From Thiohalophilus sp. (GTDB taxonomy: Bacteria; Pseudomonadota; Gammaproteobacteria; UBA6429; Thiohalophilaceae): DNA of 60,302 bases. Under the pieces are notes generated by a model. It made no database searches. It had not been told where the DNA came from and saw nothing but the letters and a program-made list of their open reading frames with translations. Of the stretch, positions 56,237-60,302 are shown piece after piece. The stretch lies in the NCBI GenBank assembly GCA_046545635.1, contig JBKGZJ010000001.1:1-60302 (forward strand). The letters run 5' to 3'. Each line of letters opens with the position of its first letter. Position 1 is the stretch's first letter. The position numbers and the translations under genes are program-made.

Positions 56237-57934
56237 TCAGGCAATGAACAATGTGCCCGGATCCACCGGTGGCTGTTCCTGCACCTCAAACTCGAACTGG
56301 TTGAACGAGTGGGTCGAGAGCAACAACTTTCTTAACCGTACATAAAACAGACGCCGTTTCATGTTGATCGAGAGCACCGAGTTGATATCAAACACCGAGG
56401 CGGGCACGATCAGGCTGCGTCGTTGCTGGACCGACACCTGTTTGGGGATCAACAGGCCGCGAAAATAGCCGGTGCCTTCCCCGGTACCTTGCAGACCTTT
56501 TGCCGCGACAGGCACCGCGGAGTTGGCAACGCTCATGATGCCCAGCTCCATCCCTTCGCCGGGCCGGGTCTTGAGCCAGCGGACCATCCCGAGCTGCCAG
56601 TGCAGGCAGGCCCGGCTGTCGCACCAGGCGACCACTTCGCCGACCTTGACATTGGAGCAGCCCGACTCGGGGGTGCAGGCCAGGGCCGCGCCATAGGGGC
56701 TGGCGTTCTGTTGCCACCAGGGGTTGGCATCATACTCGCGGGTGGTGTGATAACTGTCCTTTTGCATAGCCTCTTCATAGGCGGTGGCCAGCACTTCGGA
56801 CGGGATATCCTCCTTGTCGCGATACCGGATAACGAACTCATCCATCTCCGGCGTGAAGTCATTGCGCCGATTAATATAGTGATGCGAGGCATTGAGACCC
56901 ATGGCCATGCGGATGGTGGTCCTGGCGCTGTGGCGCGGCGTGCGGCGTTTCAGTGCGCCCCGCCAGGCATCGGACAGGCGCAACAGCATGTCCCGCTGAT
57001 AACGCAGCACCATGGAATGCCTGTCTTCTTCCAGATTATGCATGGCGGTCTTGAGGATCTGTTGCAGGTGTGCCTCCAGGCGCTGTTTGACCTCGTGGAT
57101 ATCGATGATGCGCCCGTCATGCGGGAGCCACTGGATCTCTTCGCCGATAAAGCGTGGTGGCTGATCGGACTCGAGGTCCAGCGCAAACTCGCCGGTGAGA
57201 GTCTGTCCCGTCAGCGGGCGCAGATGACAGTCCAGCGTCCAGGCGGAAACCAGATAATGAATGTCATCGGCCTCACCGGGCATCAGGTGATAGGGCTCGG
57301 CCAGTGACAGCAGCAGCGCGCGCTTGTAGACCAGATCGATGGTGTAACTGACCGGCAGACTGTAATCGGGAGCCGGGTCATCCACCGGTTGATCGTGAAA
57401 GCCGCGTGATTCGGCGTAACGGTATAACTGGTGCAGCTCGTGCCAGATATTGTCCGGCTCGATGGCATAAACCATGTAACAGGTCAGCAAGCGGCGGCCC
57501 AGGTACTGGATGCTGTGATAAATAGCCTCACGCAACAGTAACTGCTGGTGCTCTTTGTTCGAATCGGCCCGGGCCAGTTCGCTGACGATGATCTTGTAAC
57601 CGGTGGCCATACCGTCCAGCACGGCGTGCAGGTCGTGATAGGTATCGAGGTTTTTCCGGCTCAGCGGGATCCGGGCCTGTTTCAGGTGTCGTGCGAGGGT
57701 CACCAGCAGCTGACGGGCCACCGGGCGCAGGGTATCCAGCAGCTGAATACGGTCATTGGGGGTGTAGGCCGCCTGGTTGAACTGGTTGAGTTGATCGACG
57801 AACAGGTGAACCGTCTTGCGGGTATTGGCCGTGGGGAGATCATGGATCCACTGGCGAAGTTTCTTGAGCCGCAGGGTTGGGCGGCCCCGCCGCGTCAGCT
57901 CCCGGGAAGGGATATCCAGAGCAGGTAATGTCAC
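56237..57934 (-). CDS. Large helical hypothetical protein with C-terminal PilZ-like motifs
   Basis: Long ORF; RRTPR (RxxxR), NASPYG (NxSxxG), LGMVRW; GTG start at 57934 assumed. Confidence 0.72.
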   Translation of the reverse strand: MTLPALDIPSRELTRRGRPTLRLKKLRQWIHDLPTANTRKTVHLFVDQLNQFNQAAYTPNDRIQLLDTLRPVARQLLVTLARHLKQARIPLSRKNLDTYHDLHAVLDGMATGYKIIVSELARADSNKEHQQLLLREAIYHSIQYLGRRLLTCYMVYAIEPDNIWHELHQLYRYAESRGFHDQPVDDPAPDYSLPVSYTIDLVYKRALLLSLAEPYHLMPGEADDIHYLVSAWTLDCHLRPLTGQTLTGEFALDLESDQPPRFIGEEIQWLPHDGRIIDIHEVKQRLEAHLQQILKTAMHNLEEDRHSMVLRYQRDMLLRLSDAWRGALKRRTPRHSARTTIRMAMGLNASHHYINRRNDFTPEMDEFVIRYRDKEDIPSEVLATAYEEAMQKDSYHTTREYDANPWWQQNASPYGAALACTPESGCSNVKVGEVVAWCDSRACLHWQLGMVRWLKTRPGEGMELGIMSVANSAVPVAAKGLQGTGEGTGYFRGLLIPKQVSVQQRRSLIVPASVFDINSVLSINMKRRLFYVRLRKLLLSTHSFNQFEFEVQEQPPVDPGTLFIA

Positions 57935-58229
57935 GTGTGCATCATCCAGTAGCCAGGTCAGGAAAAGTATAACGTACTTGATCGAAGGGTTATATGGTGC
58001 AAAGTGTATAGCGCCGATCTGCATTTCGCCACCACGGGAGGTTGTGGTCGGAAACGGCGAAGAAGCTTGTGTGACCCGGGCAGAGCTTTTGTCCGAACAC
58101 ACTTAAACTTATGGTACATTTCCCTGACTATGCCTGTCAGGCGTGGAGTTTGCCTACGCGATGTCGGGTCCGTTACCGGCCGGACAAATAACAACAAAAA
58201 ATGCCGGTCTGCTTGCCGCCGATAACGAG

Positions 58230-58269
58230 GTGCTGAGTTCCAGGCACCCGGCACTCAACACTCAGTACT
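58230..58269. repeat. Degenerate heptamer repeat and hairpin (GCACTCA-type) downstream of gpmA
   Basis: GTGCTGAGT...GCACCCG-GCACTCA-ACACTCA-GTACT. Confidence 0.55.
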
Positions 58270-58273
58270 ATTT

Positions 58274-59029
58274 TCAAGCTACCTGATCATCCCGTCCATC
58301 AAGATAATCCCAGTCCAGCGGCACGCCGTTGCGATCGAAGTGATAGACAATCGGCGTGGCAGTCGGAATCTCGAAGCGTTCCACTTCCTCGACGCTCATG
58401 TTCGACAGCGCCATGATGAGTGCGCGCAGGGTGTTGCCGTGGGCGCTGATCAGCAGCCGTTCGCCGCGGCGGATGCGCGGGACGATTTCCGCCTCCCAGT
58501 AGCGCATCACCCGCTCGCGGGTTTCGGCCAGGTTCTCCACGTCCGGCAGGTGCGACGGGTCGATATCCCGGCACAGCGGGTCGTGGCAACTGTGTCGTGC
58601 ATCTTCGCGTGTTAACGCGCCGGCGCGATCGTGATAACCCCGGCGCCAGCGCCAGACCTGCTGCTCGCCGTGACGCGCGGTCGCCTCGCCCTTGTCCAGG
58701 CCGGTCAGGGCGCCGTAGTGGCGCTCGTTCAGCTGCCAGGCCCGGGTGCGGGCAATATCGCCCTGGCCCAGCTCCTCGAGCAGGATATCCAGCGTGGTTA
58801 CCGCCCGCTGCAGGCGGGAGCTGTAAGCCGCATCAAAGACAAACCCCTGCTCGCGCAGCAGTCTGCCGGCGGCGTGCGCCTCGGCGATGCCGGTGTCGGT
58901 CAGCGGCGGATCGGCCCAGCCGGTGAAGCGGTTCTCGCGGTTCCACCGGCTCTGGGCGTGGCGTATCAGGACCACCGGCACCGGGCCGGGAGGGTTTTGA
59001 GTCTGTTTTGTTGTGGTTGTTGTCATCAT
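58274..59029 (-). CDS. gpmA: 2,3-BPG-dependent phosphoglycerate mutase
   Basis: LIRHAQS.WN.ENRFTGW.D, LNERHYGAL.G, AHGNTLRAL, EIPT. Confidence 0.93.
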   Translation of the reverse strand: MMTTTTTKQTQNPPGPVPVVLIRHAQSRWNRENRFTGWADPPLTDTGIAEAHAAGRLLREQGFVFDAAYSSRLQRAVTTLDILLEELGQGDIARTRAWQLNERHYGALTGLDKGEATARHGEQQVWRWRRGYHDRAGALTREDARHSCHDPLCRDIDPSHLPDVENLAETRERVMRYWEAEIVPRIRRGERLLISAHGNTLRALIMALSNMSVEEVERFEIPTATPIVYHFDRNGVPLDWDYLDGRDDQVA

Positions 59030-59064
59030 GTCTTTACCATAAGCATGAATACTTTATTTTTAAA

Positions 59065-59101
59065 ATCGTTTGTTTATACTGTAGTAATCGGTATTACCTA
59101 T
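59065..59101. promoter_or_regulatory. Putative OxyR operator between gpmA and oxyR
   Basis: ATCG-N7-ATAC-N7-ATCG-N7-CTAT; same spacing as the ATAG-N7-CTAT-N7-ATAG-N7-CTAT OxyR consensus. Confidence 0.6.
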
Positions 59102-59122
59102 CATAGGGGCCCCGAAAAACCC

Positions 59123-60058
59123 ATGAATCTCAGAGACCTGCAGTACATCCTCGCCGTGGCCGAGACCCGCCATTTCGGCAAGGCGGCCGGGCGCTGCTTT
59201 GTCAGCCAGCCGACCCTCAGCGGGCAAATCAAAAAGCTGGAGGATCAGCTGGGCGTGGTGATCTTCGAGCGCACCAACCGCTCGGTGGAAGTGACGCCCA
59301 TCGGCGAGGCGATCCTCCAGCATGCCCGGTTGATGATGGAACAGATGAACGCCATCGAGCAGCTGGCACAGGCCCACCAGGATCCCCTGGCCGGGCCGCT
59401 GCGCCTGGGGGCCATTCCCACCATCAGTCCTTACCTGATGCCGCTGATCCTCGTGCCGCTCAAGCAGCAGTATCCGCAGCTCAGGCTGATCCTCTCCGAA
59501 GAAGTGACCGACACGCTGATCCGCCGCCTGCAACAGCATGAGATCGACGCCGCCCTGCTGGCCACGCCGGTGGACGAGCCGGAACTCGAAGTAATGCCCC
59601 TGTTCGATGAACCCTTCTGGCTGGCCCATCCCCGGGATCATGCGTTTTATAACAAGGAGACCATCACCCGCGAGGATCTGGAGAACACCGAGCTGTTGCT
59701 GCTGGCCGAAGGCCACTGCCTGGCCAGACAGGCAATGGAAGTATGCCGCCTCAAAGAGCGCAGCGAACGCGGCGAGATGGCCGATCTGCGGGCCGCCAGC
59801 CTGGAGACCCTGTTGCAACTGGTCGGCGCCGGCTTCGGCTCCACCCTGGTGCCGGCACTGGCCATGCGCGGCAGCTGGACCACCGGCAGCGGCATCGTCA
59901 CCCGCGAACTGGATCTGCCCGATGCCTATCGCCGCGTCTCCCTCGTTTATCGCACCAGCTATCCGCGCATGGAAGCACTCAACACGCTGGCACGCGTCAT
60001 CCTCGAACAGCTGCCCAACACCGTGACGCCACTCGACGCCGTTGGCGTCAGGGGCTAG
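59123..60058 (+). CDS. oxyR: Hydrogen peroxide-inducible LysR regulator OxyR
   Basis: MNLRDLQY..A.AE.RHF..AA..CFVSQPTLS, IPTISPYL, EGHCLARQAMEVC (C-X8-C), SLETL. Confidence 0.92.
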   Translation: MNLRDLQYILAVAETRHFGKAAGRCFVSQPTLSGQIKKLEDQLGVVIFERTNRSVEVTPIGEAILQHARLMMEQMNAIEQLAQAHQDPLAGPLRLGAIPTISPYLMPLILVPLKQQYPQLRLILSEEVTDTLIRRLQQHEIDAALLATPVDEPELEVMPLFDEPFWLAHPRDHAFYNKETITREDLENTELLLLAEGHCLARQAMEVCRLKERSERGEMADLRAASLETLLQLVGAGFGSTLVPALAMRGSWTTGSGIVTRELDLPDAYRRVSLVYRTSYPRMEALNTLARVILEQLPNTVTPLDAVGVRG

Positions 60059-60061
60059 TGA

Positions 60062-60107
60062 CTAGATGCCAGGTGCTAGATTCAGTTAACTAGTATTTGG
60101 CATCCAG
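60062..60107 (+). repeat. 18-bp heptamer-based hairpin after the oxyR stop
   Basis: CTAGATGCCAGGTGCTAG pairs with CTAGTATTTGGCATCCAG (3 G.U pairs and 1 mismatch on the + strand). Confidence 0.7.
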
Positions 60108-60127
60108 AATTCAGTACTCAGAGCCTG

Positions 60128-60195
60128 TGCAGGAGGCGACTTTGTCGGCGACCTGCCTGGGTTTAGTAAAGTCGCGGCTAAAAGCCCCTCCTACA
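60128..60195. repeat. GTAG-type REP doublet (REPIN-like)
   Basis: TGCAGGAGGCGACTTTGTCGGCGAC ... GTCGCGGCTAAAAGCCCCTCCTACA (reverse complement TGTAGGAGGGGCTTTTAGCCGCGAC). Confidence 0.7.
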
Positions 60196-60213
60196 TCACC
60201 TGCCACTAGCTTG

Positions 60214-60264
60214 CTGCGAACTGCGAACTGCGAACTGCCAGCTGCGAACTCAGCACTCAAAACT
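60214..60264. repeat. Heptamer tandem repeat (CTGCGAA)n plus CTCAGCA/CTCAAAA units
   Basis: CTGCGAA x3, CTGCCAG, CTGCGAA, CTCAGCA, CTCAAAA. Confidence 0.8.
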
Positions 60265-60302
60265 GGCTCCTGTTTCTATATCCGGCTATGATGGTTCGCA
60301 AA

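Noticed and set aside
58070-58160. c-di-GMP-I riboswitch-like words on the minus strand (GGCAAAC ... GGACAAAAGC ... CGGGTC)
   Set aside because: The motifs are more than 50 nt apart, far more than the short P2 hairpin allows, and I could not build the tetraloop/receptor architecture. An Infernal scan would settle it.

Overview
A GC-rich gammaproteobacterial chromosomal segment made mostly of core genes. The gene content loosely suggests a halophilic or marine Chromatiales-like organism, but that is only an inference. In order: the his operon (hisB-H-A-F-I-E, minus strand), fnr with a perfect FNR box, cbb3 oxidase ccoNOQP-(DUF3149-like)-ccoGH, rhlB/trxA/rho, rpmE, a thermonuclease, malic enzyme, mrcA, pilMNOPQ-aroK-aroB-dgt-WGR-AAA/SPOR, gltBD, hemE, a secreted rhodanese, a DUF2797-like protein, a metal-uptake cluster led by a CxxC/RAPP leader ORF, a PA2778/PA2779-like pair, lptM-lysA-(2 extra genes)-dapF-DUF484-xerC, a sigma54-type two-component system, a secreted YyaL-like protein, a PilZ-like protein, and divergent gpmA/oxyR. 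I recognised no rRNA, tRNA, CRISPR array, transposase or phage gene. The most unusual signal is intergenic: several sequence-unrelated families of 'tandem-unit inverted repeat' elements (CGCRGAG, AATTTTR, ACACMARG and other heptamer units, plus a GTAG-type REP doublet). They form long hairpins around variable loops, and one family is nested inside another in two near-identical copies 17 kb apart. Other notable items are the probable arrest-peptide-controlled, ATPase-less metal uptake cluster and an OxyR-type operator in front of gpmA. All family names come from motif recognition by eye; no database search was run.
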